Source: Saccharolobus solfataricus P2
GTDB lineage: Archaea; Thermoproteota; Thermoprotei_A; Sulfolobales; Sulfolobaceae
DNA length: 64,000 bases
Reading direction: 5' to 3' (one strand)
Assembly (NCBI RefSeq): GCF_000007005.1
Contig: NC_002754.1
In this document: positions 43,915-55,603 of the stretch, one piece after another
How the letters are laid out: every line of letters begins with the position of its first letter
How positions within the stretch are numbered: position 1 is the first letter of the stretch
Translations under genes and position numbers: made by a program
The notes under the pieces: generated by a model
Told to the model about the DNA's origin: nothing
Databases searched by the model: none
Seen by the model: only the letters and a program-made list of their open reading frames with translations

Positions 43915-45744
43915 ATGAGTTCTCAGAATATAAAATTACAGAGAAAAAACAGTATGACTTACTTTGATTTAATAGCGTGGATTACAGAAAATAAGAAAGC
44001 GATAGAGGGATGTATAATAGATAACGTTTTCTTGATACAAAATACTCAAAATACATATATTTTAAAGTTACATTGCAGTGGAAGAGACCAAGAATTAATA
44101 ATAGAACCAAGTAAACGAATAAATATAACAAAATACAATTATCCAAAAATTTCTTCAACAAAAATAACCGAATTAAGAAGATTAATTAGAGGAGATATAA
44201 TTACGAATATGTATGTATTGAACAAGGAAAGAATATTAATCCTAAAACTCAAAAGGGATGATAAAAAGGTAATAGTAGAACTACTACCTAGAGGAGTTTT
44301 GGTAATAGCAGATAAAGATGGTAAAATCTTGTTTGCGAGTGAATATAAAGAGTTTAAAGATAGACTCATAAGAATAGGGGAGATATATAAACCTCCACCT
44401 TCAATTGAACCTAATATAGATGAAATAGAAAAATTGATTAAGAAAGGAAACATAGCGAAAGGTTTAGGAATCCCACAAGAAGTAGCAAACTATCTTAGCT
44501 TACAAGACTCTACACCAGATATTAACGTAATAAGGGAAAAGATAAGAAATTTAGAGATTTCAATAATTAATGGAGAGATAAAACCATGTCTCGTAGAAGA
44601 TACAACTGTAGTACCTTTTTATCTTGACGGATGCAAAGAATATCAAAGATTTAATGATGCAATAGACGATTATTTCTACACTATAACTCAAAAAGAGCTA
44701 TCTGAAAAAACTTCCAAAAAAATCTCAGAAGAGAAGCAGAAGATTATAGCCACAATTAAGCAAATAGAGGATAGTATAAAGGATTATGAAGACAAAGAAA
44801 ATAACTATAGACAACTAGGCAATTTTATACTTTCAAAGGCATACGAAATAGACCAGTTGTTGTTAAATAATAGAGCAAAAAGTAAAAAGGTAAAGCTTAA
44901 TGTAGATGGAGTTGAAATTGAATTAGATACCTCACTCTCAGCTACTAAAAACGCAATGAGATTTTTTGATGAAGCTAAGGAATATAAGAGAAAAATAGAA
45001 AGAGCCCTTAAAAGTTTAGAAGAACTAAAAGAAAAACTGGCTAAAATAGAGAAACAAGAAATAGAGAAACAAAACGAGATAAAACTAACGCTAAGGAAAA
45101 AGGAATGGTATGAGAAATATAGATGGAGTATTTCAAGAAGCGGATATTTAATAATTTTAGGAAGAGATGCAAGTCAAAATGAAAGTATAGTTAAAAAATA
45201 CCTAAGGGACAAAGATATATTCTTGCATGCGGATATTATAGGCGCTCCAGCCACAATCATCATAACACAAGATAATAAGACAATCTCTGAAGAAGATATC
45301 TATGATGCAGCAGTTATGGCTGCGAGCTACTCAAAGGCTTGGAAAGTAGGTTTAGCATCTGTTGACATATTTTGGGTTTTAGGCAATCAAGTCTCTAAAT
45401 CACCGCCAAGTGGAGAATACTTGAATAAAGGTTCATTCATGATTTATGGAAAAAAGAATTTCATAAAAAACGTCAAACTACAATTAGCAATAGGCCTTAT
45501 ACTAAGTGAAAACGGTGTATCAGTAATAGTGGGAAGTGAGGAAACCATTTCGGCTAAGACTAAATACTATGTTGTCATAGCTCCAGGTGATGATGATAAA
45601 GAGAGAATAACCCAAAAAATTATAAAAGTGTTTAGTAGAGCTTTACCAGAAATAAACGGATTGAACGCATTAAAAACAGAGATTGAAGATAAAATTCCGG
45701 GAAAGAGCAAGATAGTTAAGACAAGTATAACATATAATAGTTAA
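43915..45744 (+). CDS. rqc2: ribosome rescue factor Rqc2/NEMF (NFACT family)
   Basis: MTYFDL, VIVELLPRG, coiled coil, KKEWYEKYRW, GRDASQNE, LHADIIGAP, SGEYLNKGSFMIYG. Confidence 0.92.
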   Translation: MSSQNIKLQRKNSMTYFDLIAWITENKKAIEGCIIDNVFLIQNTQNTYILKLHCSGRDQELIIEPSKRINITKYNYPKISSTKITELRRLIRGDIITNMYVLNKERILILKLKRDDKKVIVELLPRGVLVIADKDGKILFASEYKEFKDRLIRIGEIYKPPPSIEPNIDEIEKLIKKGNIAKGLGIPQEVANYLSLQDSTPDINVIREKIRNLEISIINGEIKPCLVEDTTVVPFYLDGCKEYQRFNDAIDDYFYTITQKELSEKTSKKISEEKQKIIATIKQIEDSIKDYEDKENNYRQLGNFILSKAYEIDQLLLNNRAKSKKVKLNVDGVEIELDTSLSATKNAMRFFDEAKEYKRKIERALKSLEELKEKLAKIEKQEIEKQNEIKLTLRKKEWYEKYRWSISRSGYLIILGRDASQNESIVKKYLRDKDIFLHADIIGAPATIIITQDNKTISEEDIYDAAVMAASYSKAWKVGLASVDIFWVLGNQVSKSPPSGEYLNKGSFMIYGKKNFIKNVKLQLAIGLILSENGVSVIVGSEETISAKTKYYVVIAPGDDDKERITQKIIKVFSRALPEINGLNALKTEIEDKIPGKSKIVKTSITYNS

Positions 45745-45762
45745 AACTAATATAAAATAAGA

Positions 45763-46626
45763 ATGAGACTTTCACTAGCGGAGAAAGCATCACTAGTGAG
45801 ACCTTTCGACTATATATTATTAAAAACGATATATGGTCTTAGGGATAAAAGTGAATTTGTTAGTTTTAATGCCTTAAAAAAGAGATTAGATATTAAAGAC
45901 GATGAAGAACTAAAGATATCACTAAAGAAATTATCTGAGTTAAAACTTATTTCTAAAAAGCCAACAGATTTATCTTTCAAATTAACATTTTCTGGTCTGG
46001 ATATTTTGGGAATAAAACTGCTATATGTGAATAAAATCTTGAATAGATTAGCAGAGATAATAGGGATAGGAAAAGAAAGCTTAGTATATTATGGGTATGA
46101 TTTCAACGATAACAAAATAATAGTTAAATTTCATCGAGTAGGCACGGATAGTTATAAGAAAGTTAAATTTAGAAAAAGCCAAGAAAAGAAAAGTTGGCTT
46201 TCAATTACCGTTGAAAATGCTAAAAGAGAGTTTGAAGCTCTTACATGTTTAAGCAATGAGGGAGGCTATGTCCCTAAGCCACTAGGAGTGGAATATAACG
46301 CCGTAGCAATGGAATATATCGATGGGATAGAGCTTTACAAAATACCAGTTACTAATATGGATCTAAACTTAGATGAAATCCTTGAAAAAATTTTACAAAC
46401 CATGAGAATAGCTTACACTATTTGTCACATAACACATGGAGATTTAAGCCCGTATAATGTACTTATAGATAAAAACGGAAATCCTTATCTTATTGACTGG
46501 CCTCAAGCGACAAAATCTGAGGAAAGATTAGAAAAGGATCTATCAAATCTTATAATATTTTTTAGAAAAAAGGGAATAGATGTAGATACTCGTAAGATTT
46601 TCGATTATGTAAGAGGGGTATCATGA
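45763..46626 (+). CDS. rio2: RIO2 family protein kinase
   Basis: wHTH with LTFSGLD, IGIGKES, VKFHRVG, HGDLSPYNVL, IDWPQ. Confidence 0.93.
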   Translation: MRLSLAEKASLVRPFDYILLKTIYGLRDKSEFVSFNALKKRLDIKDDEELKISLKKLSELKLISKKPTDLSFKLTFSGLDILGIKLLYVNKILNRLAEIIGIGKESLVYYGYDFNDNKIIVKFHRVGTDSYKKVKFRKSQEKKSWLSITVENAKREFEALTCLSNEGGYVPKPLGVEYNAVAMEYIDGIELYKIPVTNMDLNLDEILEKILQTMRIAYTICHITHGDLSPYNVLIDKNGNPYLIDWPQATKSEERLEKDLSNLIIFFRKKGIDVDTRKIFDYVRGVS

Positions 46627-48464
46627 AAATAATGGGAATTGATATAGAGGCGATGGAAAGCCCATCCTCTAAGTCACAGCCATTATATTCAGTTATTATT
46701 ATTGACGAGAACGAAAAAATAGTCTATAAGGCGGAAAACGTAAGTTTAAGTAGAGTTATTAGGTTATGTTGGGAATACAGCATTGATATACTAGCGACTG
46801 ACAATATTTACGAACTAGGAGAAAGTGATAAAGAGATTATTAATATCGTGAAATTATTGCCGCCAAATACTAACATAGTTCAAGTTACATATCATAATGG
46901 AGAATTTAAGCAAATAAAGGAATTGGCTAGGGAAATAGGATACGAAGTGCAAGGAAAATTATCCCCGCAAAAAACTGCATATTTAGATGCATTATTAGCT
47001 TTAAAAGGATTTGGAACCAGTATAAAAATTGAAGAAAAACGTACTAAAATAGTAGTGTCAAGGGGAAGAGCATTAGGCCCTGGTGGAATGAGCCAAAATA
47101 GATATAAGAGATATATAAGGGGAACCCTTCTCAGAGTAGCTAAGGAGATAAAGGAAAAACTTGATATGAAAGGATTTGATTATGATATGATAGTAAGGAG
47201 ATCAAGAGCAGGTATTGAGGGAGCCGTATTCATAGTTTATACTCCCAGAGAGAGACTCTACGGAATTATAAGAAAAATGAAAGGTCATGACGTAGTAGTA
47301 GATATTAAGCCAATATATAAAAATAGGATTGAATTTAAAGACAAAAGAACTGAAAGGAGATTAATTGTTGGAATAGACCCTGGTATAGAAGTTGGTCTAT
47401 CAATAATTGATATCTACGGTAAACCAATTTTATTGTTATCAAGAAGAAATATTGATAGAGACGAAATTGTAACCTTGATCTCTAAAGAGGGGAAAGCAAT
47501 AATAGTAGCGACAGATGTTAATCCACTACCAGACACTGTAAAAAAGATCGCTAGTAAATTTAACGCCAAAATATTCATCCCGGAAAAAAGTCTAAGTATA
47601 GATGAAAAACAAAGACTTATTGACGAGTACTCTAAGTTACATAAGCTAAAAATAGATAATCCTCACATTAGAGACTCTTTAGCTGCAGCTCTAAAGGCAT
47701 ATAATGAAATTGAGAACAAATTAAGACAAATTGAGAGTTTCATCAGTAGATTAGATATTGATATAATGGATGAAAATCGTATATACGATTGCGTAATATT
47801 TGGTAATACGGTATCTGAATGCGTAGAAAAGGAAATTGAAAAAATCATAGGAAAAGATGATTACAGGAAAATCGAGGAGATACAAAAGGAAAACGATACA
47901 ACTAAAAATACAAATAAACTAACTAAGTTAGAAGAGGAAAATAGAGAGCTAAAATCAGAACTAATACGTTATAAAAGGATAATTTATAATCTCATCAATG
48001 AAAGAGATTCATTAATAAGGAAAATTGATGATATTAAACTACAGATTAATAAGGAAATAGAGAGAGACAGGAAAATTTACGAACTAAATCTAAACCTACA
48101 GAATGCGTACAAGGTAATAAGTCAACTTGAGAATAAATTAAATTATAATGAGAAACAAATTGAGAAACTAAGGGAAGTGCTATATAAACTGTTAAATGGA
48201 AAGGCAATAGTAGTTAAGAAGGATAGTAGAGTTGGCGATATAGCATTTGATGGAAATAACATCTATATTGGAGAGGAAAAAGTTAACAATGAGATAGCGG
48301 AATACGCAGATAAGGAGATTATAATATTAGATAAACAGCTCTTGAACGATCTGGAAGTATTACGTAAAGAACTACAAATAGAAAGGTCTAAGAATATTGA
48401 TATAAAAAGAATAATTGACGAGTATAGAAATAAAAGGTTAAAAGAGAGTAGCTTTCCCTTCTAA
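46623..48464 (+). CDS. DUF460 protein (two RNase H-like domains plus coiled coil)
   Basis: [40 protein letters not shown]. Confidence 0.85.
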   Translation: MKIMGIDIEAMESPSSKSQPLYSVIIIDENEKIVYKAENVSLSRVIRLCWEYSIDILATDNIYELGESDKEIINIVKLLPPNTNIVQVTYHNGEFKQIKELAREIGYEVQGKLSPQKTAYLDALLALKGFGTSIKIEEKRTKIVVSRGRALGPGGMSQNRYKRYIRGTLLRVAKEIKEKLDMKGFDYDMIVRRSRAGIEGAVFIVYTPRERLYGIIRKMKGHDVVVDIKPIYKNRIEFKDKRTERRLIVGIDPGIEVGLSIIDIYGKPILLLSRRNIDRDEIVTLISKEGKAIIVATDVNPLPDTVKKIASKFNAKIFIPEKSLSIDEKQRLIDEYSKLHKLKIDNPHIRDSLAAALKAYNEIENKLRQIESFISRLDIDIMDENRIYDCVIFGNTVSECVEKEIEKIIGKDDYRKIEEIQKENDTTKNTNKLTKLEEENRELKSELIRYKRIIYNLINERDSLIRKIDDIKLQINKEIERDRKIYELNLNLQNAYKVISQLENKLNYNEKQIEKLREVLYKLLNGKAIVVKKDSRVGDIAFDGNNIYIGEEKVNNEIAEYADKEIIILDKQLLNDLEVLRKELQIERSKNIDIKRIIDEYRNKRLKESSFPF

Positions 48465-49652
48465 TATTAGTTCAGTTAATTTATTGAAGGAACTTAACAT
48501 TTCATCTACAATCCCGCTTATTTCATTTTTAGTCTCATCAGTAAGTTTGCCATCATAAGTAATTACATCAACATTAGCTATTAAAGGATCGTCTATTGGT
48601 CTCCCTATTTGCCCTAGAACTTGAACTTGCGAGAATTTCACATCCTTTACTTCTTGAGCTATTTTATTAGCTATAAGATTAGCTAAGACATTATATAGTT
48701 TACCAACATGATTAACGGGATTCTTTCCAGCAGTAGCTTCTAATGACATAGGCCTCATTGGTGTTATTAGCCCAACACCTCTATTTCCTCTCCCTGTCAT
48801 TCCATCGTCACCATGTTCAGCAGAAGTACCAGTTACGGTTAAATAAAGTATATTCTTATCTATTTTATCTCCAGTATTAACATAAACTCTTACATTGTAG
48901 CCTGGAGCTATCTTTGATGCGAGATCTAGAATTTGATTCCTTACTTGTTCTTTTACGTTAATATAGTGGTTAACGTCTTCTATTAGTTCGCTAATTGTTG
49001 CCATCGCTATCGTAAGGTCTACCTCATTCCCTCTTCTTAACCCCATTACTTTGATATCTTCTCCTACTTCGGGTAGTTTGGCTTTGAATTGCTTTGAGTT
49101 CAAATGCCTCTCCGTTTCATAAACCAGTTTTTCTAATTTAGTTAATGGAGCAAAACCTACTCCAAAACTAGTATCATTAGATAGTGGAACTCTCTTGCTT
49201 GCCTCAAATATACCCACTAAATCACTTGAACCTTTGCCTATCTTATAGTCAACTATAACATGCCTTTCCGCATCGAGATATCTAAAGTTATTTCTGATCC
49301 ACTCTTTTACGCTCTCTATAATGATAGTACCTACGGGGATTTGGTCTATCCCGCTTTCTGTTTTTACCTCAGTCGTAGCTCTGCCCGCAACTATGATATA
49401 TATTGGTTGTATTATATCTCCACCTTTAAAACGAGGTGTAGCTTGTCCTCCAACCACCAATGTCTTATCTAAATTATGATGTAAAATCACACCATATTTT
49501 TTAAGATAATACAAGGAAAGCTTTCTGCTAGCTTCTTCAGCAACTGCATCCGCAATATAATCTGGATGACCTAATCCTTTTCTCTCTACTAGTTCTACTT
49601 GAAGTTTCTCTATATCTGAAAGGGGATTTAATTGCACATTTATATTTCTCAT
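48438..49652 (-). CDS. mat: archaeal S-adenosylmethionine synthetase
   Basis: [54 protein letters not shown]; start ATG 49652. Confidence 0.97.
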   Translation of the reverse strand: MRNINVQLNPLSDIEKLQVELVERKGLGHPDYIADAVAEEASRKLSLYYLKKYGVILHHNLDKTLVVGGQATPRFKGGDIIQPIYIIVAGRATTEVKTESGIDQIPVGTIIIESVKEWIRNNFRYLDAERHVIVDYKIGKGSSDLVGIFEASKRVPLSNDTSFGVGFAPLTKLEKLVYETERHLNSKQFKAKLPEVGEDIKVMGLRRGNEVDLTIAMATISELIEDVNHYINVKEQVRNQILDLASKIAPGYNVRVYVNTGDKIDKNILYLTVTGTSAEHGDDGMTGRGNRGVGLITPMRPMSLEATAGKNPVNHVGKLYNVLANLIANKIAQEVKDVKFSQVQVLGQIGRPIDDPLIANVDVITYDGKLTDETKNEISGIVDEMLSSFNKLTELILEGKATLF

Positions 49653-49685
49653 TATAGGTTCCTCAAACAAGTACTAATTTAAATT

Positions 49686-49949
49686 TTATTTCTCACTATT
49701 CATAACTGTCTCATAGTCAACACTAATAAATAGTATATTACTACCTCTTATAAGTACCCTACCGTATTTTGCTACTGGTTCAGAAGTACCTTCCCTAATT
49801 TCAGTACAATCTCTTAATACTAAATTCATAGTTCCGTCAGTTTGTTCTAATTTTCCAATGTACTCTGAGCCATCCTTAAGTTTTACCAGCACGATTCTAT
49901 TTATTGCCGTTCTTAAACTCTTCAACGGATTTTCTACTTTTGCTTGCAC
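49686..49949 (-). CDS. Sm-like archaeal protein (SmAP2-type)
   Basis: Sm1 VKLKDG..YIGKL...DGTMNLVL, Sm2 IRGSNILFI. Confidence 0.92.
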   Translation of the reverse strand: MQAKVENPLKSLRTAINRIVLVKLKDGSEYIGKLEQTDGTMNLVLRDCTEIREGTSEPVAKYGRVLIRGSNILFISVDYETVMNSEK

Positions 49950-50055
49950 AATATCTTCCCCCTATTTTCTAATTTAAATTTTATCTTCTAAGCTTTAACT
50001 TGATAGAATATATGCATTATTGTTTATTAGAGTTAGCAATTAGAAGCTAATATTT

Positions 50056-50355
50056 ATGGAGCTAATAATTGATGATCCAGAAAAAATCTACGAAATTTCT
50101 AAGGCGTTATCTACAATGACTAGAATAAATATACTACAACTAGTCTCTATAACGCCGATGAGCATATCAGAGCTCACCGAAAAACTTAATATGAGTAAGG
50201 GAAACATAAGTTCTCATATTTCTGAGCTTGAAAATCTAGGTCTAGTTGAAGTTGAGTACCAGAATGGAATAAAAGGTATAAAAAAGATTATAAAAGCTAA
50301 ATATGATAAAATTATAATAGTTTTAAAGACTAGCAACAGCTCTAATGAACCCTAA
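50056..50355 (+). CDS. ArsR-family HTH transcriptional regulator
   Basis: [39 protein letters not shown]. Confidence 0.88.
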   Translation: MELIIDDPEKIYEISKALSTMTRINILQLVSITPMSISELTEKLNMSKGNISSHISELENLGLVEVEYQNGIKGIKKIIKAKYDKIIIVLKTSNSSNEP

Positions 50356-51930
50356 ATATATCGGAGATGGATTCGTTGGCCTACTCTTGAATTCTGGATG
50401 AGCTTGGGTAGCTACGAAGAACTTATTAGATGGCAATTCTATAATTTCAACCAATCCATTTTCACTGATACCAGAAACTACTAATCCTGCATCTTCTAGT
50501 ATATCTACATATTTAGGATTTACTTCATATCTATGCCTATGCCTTTCATATACGACCTTTTTACCATATAGTTGATAGGCAATCGTTCCTTCTTTTAATA
50601 TAATCTTCTGAGCCCCTAGTCTCATAGTCCCTCCAAGTTGAGTTACATTTTTTTGTTCGTCTAGCAGTGTGATAACCGGATCTTTAGTATTTGGATTAAT
50701 TTCAGTTGAATTGGCTTCACTCAGACCTAAAACATCTCTAGCAAATTCAACAATAGATAATTGAAAACCGAAGCATATACCCAAGAATGGTATATTATGT
50801 TCTCTAGCGTACTTTATAGCCTTAATTTTACCTTCAGCTCCTCTACTTCCAAATCCAGGTAAAACTATTATTCCATTTACATTTCCTAAGATCTCATTTA
50901 AATTCTTGGTATCACTTTCTAGATCAGTTGATTCTATCCATATAAGTTTAGGCCTTACTCCTATATAGGCTGAAGCATGATAAATTGCTTCCTTGATACT
51001 AATATAACTATCCTTTAGTTTTGTATATTTTCCAACTAATGCGATATTAATAGTCTTTTTGCTATTAATTCCTTTTATATTATTGACAAAGCTTATCCAA
51101 TCTGTCAAGTCTACTTGTCTATCCTCTAATTTAAGCCTACTAAGTATCTTAGAAACCAATTTCTGGCTTTCTAGGATAATGGGCACTTCATAAGATGTTT
51201 CTACATCGTAGCTAGAAACTATATGATCTACCTTAACGTTAGTAAACAGAGCAATTTTACGTCTGGTTTCATCATCTAAGGGCAGTGTTGCTCTACCTAC
51301 AATGAAATCTGGTTGTATTCCAATTCTTCTTAATTCTTGTACACTATGCTGCAATGGTTTCGTTTTCAGTTCTCCAGTTACAGACAAATATTCTACTAAA
51401 GCTATATGCACAAAAATAACATTATCCTCACCTTCTTCTAGTTTAAGTTGCCTAACAGCTTCTAGGAATGGTAAGCTTTCTATATCACCTACCGTGCCAC
51501 CTATTTCTACTAAGGTAATTTCTGCGTTATTTATCTTACTCGCATATCTTATCATATCCTTTATCTGATCCGTAACGTGGGGAATAATTTGTACGGTTTG
51601 ACCTAGATATTTACCTTCTCTTTCCTTTTTTATAACCTCGAAATATACCTTGCCTGCTGTTATATTATTGTACTTTGTCATATTAACATCCATAAATCTC
51701 TCATAATGACCTAAATCTAAATCTGTCTCGGCCCCATCCTCAGTTACAAATACTTCACCATGCATATAAGGATTCATTGTACCTGCATCGACATTAATAT
51801 ATGGATCTATTTTTACTGCAGTTACATTATATCCTCTTCTTTTGAGTAGCATGCCAATAGAGGCAACTAACGTACCTTTACCAACACTTGACAAAACTCC
51901 ACCTGTAACGACTATGTACTTGTTTGGCAC
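50323..51930 (-). CDS. pyrG: CTP synthase
   Basis: [43 protein letters not shown]. Confidence 0.98.
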
Positions 51931-52020
51931 TAATATCCACAGTAATTTGCCTTTACTGCTATAAAATAAAAAGTCACTGTCAATTACTTTAAGTACTTTT
52001 AAAGCACATATTTACCTTAA

Positions 52021-52698
52021 ATGAGAGAGGTACTACTTGAAAAACTTCGTACTGAAAAATTTTTACAGATAGCTTTAGATTTTATAGATATCAATGATGC
52101 AATAAAAGTGGTTAATGAAGTCAAAGATCTAGAAAATGAAATCATTGAAATAGGAACACCACTACTAAAATCATTCGGGATAGAAGGAATAAGAAAAATA
52201 AAATCATTAGTTCCAGATAAAATAATTGTAGCTGATACTAAAACTGCAGATGCAGGAGATGTTGAGGTTGAAATAGCTAAACTAGGCGGAGCTCATATAA
52301 TGACGGTTTTAGGAATAATGGATGATTCAACTATTTATTCAGCTGTAAAAAAAGCTAGGGAATTAGATATACTAGTCCAAGCTGACTTAATTAATGTTAA
52401 AAACGTATATGAAAGATCAAAGGAGCTTAAGCAATTAGGAGTAGATATTATAGGTTTCCATGTTGGTTTAGATGTACAAAAGAGTAGAGGCATAAGTGTA
52501 GCTGATTTAAAGAATGAGATACGAAAGGTGTCTGAGCTAAACTTAATAATATCAATAGCTGGAGGCTTAAATAAAGATAGAATTTTAGAACTCATAGATC
52601 TGCCAGTAAGCATATATGTAGTAGGAGGAGCGATAACTAGAAGTAAAGAGCCTAAGAACGTATCTAAAGAGATAGTTAACATATTAAAGGGTAGATAA
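52021..52698 (+). CDS. hps: 3-hexulose-6-phosphate synthase
   Basis: [38 protein letters not shown]. Confidence 0.92.
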   Translation: MREVLLEKLRTEKFLQIALDFIDINDAIKVVNEVKDLENEIIEIGTPLLKSFGIEGIRKIKSLVPDKIIVADTKTADAGDVEVEIAKLGGAHIMTVLGIMDDSTIYSAVKKARELDILVQADLINVKNVYERSKELKQLGVDIIGFHVGLDVQKSRGISVADLKNEIRKVSELNLIISIAGGLNKDRILELIDLPVSIYVVGGAITRSKEPKNVSKEIVNILKGR

Positions 52699-52720
52699 TA
52701 AGTATATATGGGGTTTAAAT

Positions 52721-53188
52721 TTGTCACAACCAGGTCAACAGAAGTCTAAGGATGTAAAGATGGTATCTAAACAAGTTATAAGTACGAATATAATAAACGA
52801 GGATAAAAGAAAATTACAGTTATTGTATATAATAAGACAAATAGGAAAATTAACCGAAAAATCAATAATAATGCTGTTGTACGAATTGAAACAAAAAGGT
52901 ATTGATCTAGGATATCAATTCAATGTAATAGGAAATAACGTATTCAGTTTAATGGCAAAAGAGGATCTAACTTCGCTCTTATATCTAGGGCTGGTAGAAA
53001 ATGACCCCGTAACTAAGAAGATAAGCATTTCGAATAACGGTATAGAGATATTAGATAAAACTCAAATAGACGACGACTTCAAAAATAAACTAGCTCAAGC
53101 TCTAAATGAAATAAAAACAAAAATACTCGCTTATGACGAAGAATATAACTTGAAGATAAAAAACGAGATGAAATTAAGAAGGAGGTAA
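52721..53188 (+). CDS. hypothetical winged-helix protein (YwgA/SocA-like pattern)
   Basis: LLYELKQKGIDLGYQF....FS...KEDLTSLLYLGLVE; TTG start. Confidence 0.6.
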   Translation: MSQPGQQKSKDVKMVSKQVISTNIINEDKRKLQLLYIIRQIGKLTEKSIIMLLYELKQKGIDLGYQFNVIGNNVFSLMAKEDLTSLLYLGLVENDPVTKKISISNNGIEILDKTQIDDDFKNKLAQALNEIKTKILAYDEEYNLKIKNEMKLRRR

Positions 53189-53199
53189 TTTAAAAATTT

Positions 53200-53619
53200 T
53201 TAAATCGTGGATAATGGACCTCTTCTTTCTCTTTCTGGATGCTCTTCAGTTACAGGTCTTGTCCATATTAATGGATCTAGCTTACCTTCTTTGCTCATTT
53301 TCGATATCATTTCCCTAAATTGGCTCGTATGTCTAATATCTAACTCTAATAGTCTCTGAAGCAATTCCCAACTGGTATTCTTTACATCCTCTAACATCTC
53401 TCTAGGCATATGCTTTATAACCATTGGATCTTGTAGCCATTGATCAAAGGCCTTTAATGTTCTCATCATATGCTGGAATGCAGTTCTAGATGCTAATATT
53501 AAGTCCAATCTATCCATGTCCTCAGTCTTCTCCTTTTTCTCCATATCTTTTAAAGTCGTCAATAAATTCTTTTGCAACTTTATCCATTCATCTAAATTTC
53601 CTATAAATGAACTTTCCAT
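53200..53619 (-). CDS. DUF2153 family protein
   Basis: [37 protein letters not shown]. Confidence 0.8.
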   Translation of the reverse strand: MESSFIGNLDEWIKLQKNLLTTLKDMEKKEKTEDMDRLDLILASRTAFQHMMRTLKAFDQWLQDPMVIKHMPREMLEDVKNTSWELLQRLLELDIRHTSQFREMISKMSKEGKLDPLIWTRPVTEEHPERERRGPLSTI

Positions 53620-53661
53620 CGCTTACACCATATTATACACTCGTTAAACAAATTAATAAGC

Positions 53662-54051
53662 TCATTTTAAACGAAAAGGAACACCATTAGTTAGTATGGA
53701 CTTCGGAATCTTGTCTTTATATTTCTCCAAAAATTTAATGTCGTCCTCTTCTTTTCTCAGTTTATCTGGTAACATTCTTGGAATTTCGTCAATTATTGGA
53801 TACCATCTATTACAAGATTCACAATAAAGCATACCTTCTTCTATTTCATGCCTAATACATTCCTCACAAGGAGGTAGAGAATCTAAATCCTTAGTAAACG
53901 CAGATTTATATGTACAATATAATTCACACAAAGGTTTCTTATCTTCTTGGCTCAATTTTCTATCTATTTCCCTTTCTGAGAAAACTAAAAGTTTAAGCGG
54001 AAAGTGTTTACACATAGGGCACGCAAGCAAATCCATAAGCCTATATTTCAT
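53662..54051 (-). CDS. trm112: Trm112-like methyltransferase activator with Cys-rich insert
   Basis: [38 protein letters not shown]. Confidence 0.88.
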   Translation of the reverse strand: MKYRLMDLLACPMCKHFPLKLLVFSEREIDRKLSQEDKKPLCELYCTYKSAFTKDLDSLPPCEECIRHEIEEGMLYCESCNRWYPIIDEIPRMLPDKLRKEEDDIKFLEKYKDKIPKSILTNGVPFRLK

Positions 54052-55415
54052 ACTAGTTCACTCACTAACTTTTCCAATTCTTTAGCTAATTCTTTAGATT
54101 TATTCTCATCTTTTGCCTCAACTAGTATTCTTATTATCGGCTCCGTACCACTTTTCCTAACCAAGAGCCAGAAATCACTACCTATAATCTTAACACCATC
54201 TATTGTAACAGTATTCCCGTAATTTCCGTACTTATTCATTACTTCATCATAAATCTTCTTTATATCACTCTTTTCCGTAACTCTAACTTTCGTTTTTACC
54301 AAATAATAAACGGGGAGTCTATTAAATAGCTCAGCAGAACTTTCGTTCTCAGATGCCATCATATCCAGCATTAAGGCGAACGACATTGCGCCATCTCTTA
54401 CCGTCTGATGAGGGGGATACATGAACCCACCATTTTCCTCAAATCCAGCTACTCCTTTTTCTTTAAATAACATATGCGCAATATCTATGCTACCTACCTT
54501 AGTCCACTTAACCTCTATATTATACTTTTTCAGATACTCCTCAACCAAGCTAGAGCTAGAAACTGCAGTAAATATGCGTCTAGGTAAATTTGGAGCTTTA
54601 ACCGAGGCCCAATATGATAATAGAGTACCGCTCCTATCACCCCATTGGACCCTACCCATGGAATCTATAAAAATTGCCCTATCTGCATCACCATCATGAG
54701 CCACTGCTAAATCAACTCCTAATTGTTTAGCAACTTTTGCGGATTCGGTAAGGCTCTCGAAAGTAGGTTCAGGAGTTCTAGCTGAAAATAAAGGATCTAA
54801 ATTCCCATTAATAGTAAAAACTTTACATCCCAACTCCCTTGCAACAATGGGCGTTACTAATGTACCTACACTATTAGCAGGATCTATGAGAACTTTATAC
54901 TTTTTACTCTTAATTTTTTCAGTATCAACATGAGAGAGAATACCTCTTAAATAAGTCTCAATAACCTTGTCTTCTCTTTTCACATCGTTTACTAAACCAT
55001 TCCACTCTACCACATGAAACCTGCTATTAAAGTATATATCTTCTATCTTATCCTCATCTTCTCTAGATATCTCAATACCGTGTGGAGAAAGGACTTTGAT
55101 ACCATTATATTCAGCTGGATTATGACTGGCAGTTATTATAACACCACCGTCATATCCTAAAGCCTTCACACCATATTGGAAAGCTGGAGTAGGAGCCATC
55201 CCTGCTTCATAAACCAGTACACCACTACTTAACAATCCACTCTCAACAGCTTTAAGTAGCATATCTCCTCCTGCTCTTACATCCCTACCTATTAGAATTC
55301 TAGCACCTTTACCAAAATATGTTCCTATAGCTTTTCCAATCTTTAACGCAAACTCTGGTTGTAATTCAGTATTGGTAACTCCTCTTATTCCATCAGTTCC
55401 AAACAACTTACCCAT
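54048..55415 (-). CDS. alpha-D-phosphohexomutase (PGM/PMM)
   Basis: [16 protein letters not shown] (phospho-Ser), HDGDADR, GFEENGG, RKSGTEP. Confidence 0.95.
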   Translation of the reverse strand: MGKLFGTDGIRGVTNTELQPEFALKIGKAIGTYFGKGARILIGRDVRAGGDMLLKAVESGLLSSGVLVYEAGMAPTPAFQYGVKALGYDGGVIITASHNPAEYNGIKVLSPHGIEISREDEDKIEDIYFNSRFHVVEWNGLVNDVKREDKVIETYLRGILSHVDTEKIKSKKYKVLIDPANSVGTLVTPIVARELGCKVFTINGNLDPLFSARTPEPTFESLTESAKVAKQLGVDLAVAHDGDADRAIFIDSMGRVQWGDRSGTLLSYWASVKAPNLPRRIFTAVSSSSLVEEYLKKYNIEVKWTKVGSIDIAHMLFKEKGVAGFEENGGFMYPPHQTVRDGAMSFALMLDMMASENESSAELFNRLPVYYLVKTKVRVTEKSDIKKIYDEVMNKYGNYGNTVTIDGVKIIGSDFWLLVRKSGTEPIIRILVEAKDENKSKELAKELEKLVSELV

Positions 55416-55479
55416 ATACTACTATAAATGCCATGAAATATAAAAATAAGCCTATATAGGTCACTATGATCAAAAGAAG

Positions 55480-55554
55480 GGCTCGGGCCGGGATTTGAAC
55501 CCGGGACTTCCGGGTCCACAGCCCGGCGCTCTTCCAGGCTGAGCTACCCGAGCC
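55480..55554 (-). tRNA. tRNA-His (GTG) with genomically encoded G-1
   Basis: GGCTCGGGTAGCTCAGCCTGGAAGAGCGCCGGGCTGTGGACCCGGAAGTCCCGGGTTCAAATCCCGGCCCGAGCC; G-1:C73 pair. Confidence 0.95.
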
Positions 55555-55603
55555 AGCCGCTATTGTATATCATTATCTAATTCATTTTAAACTCTTCTTT
55601 TTA

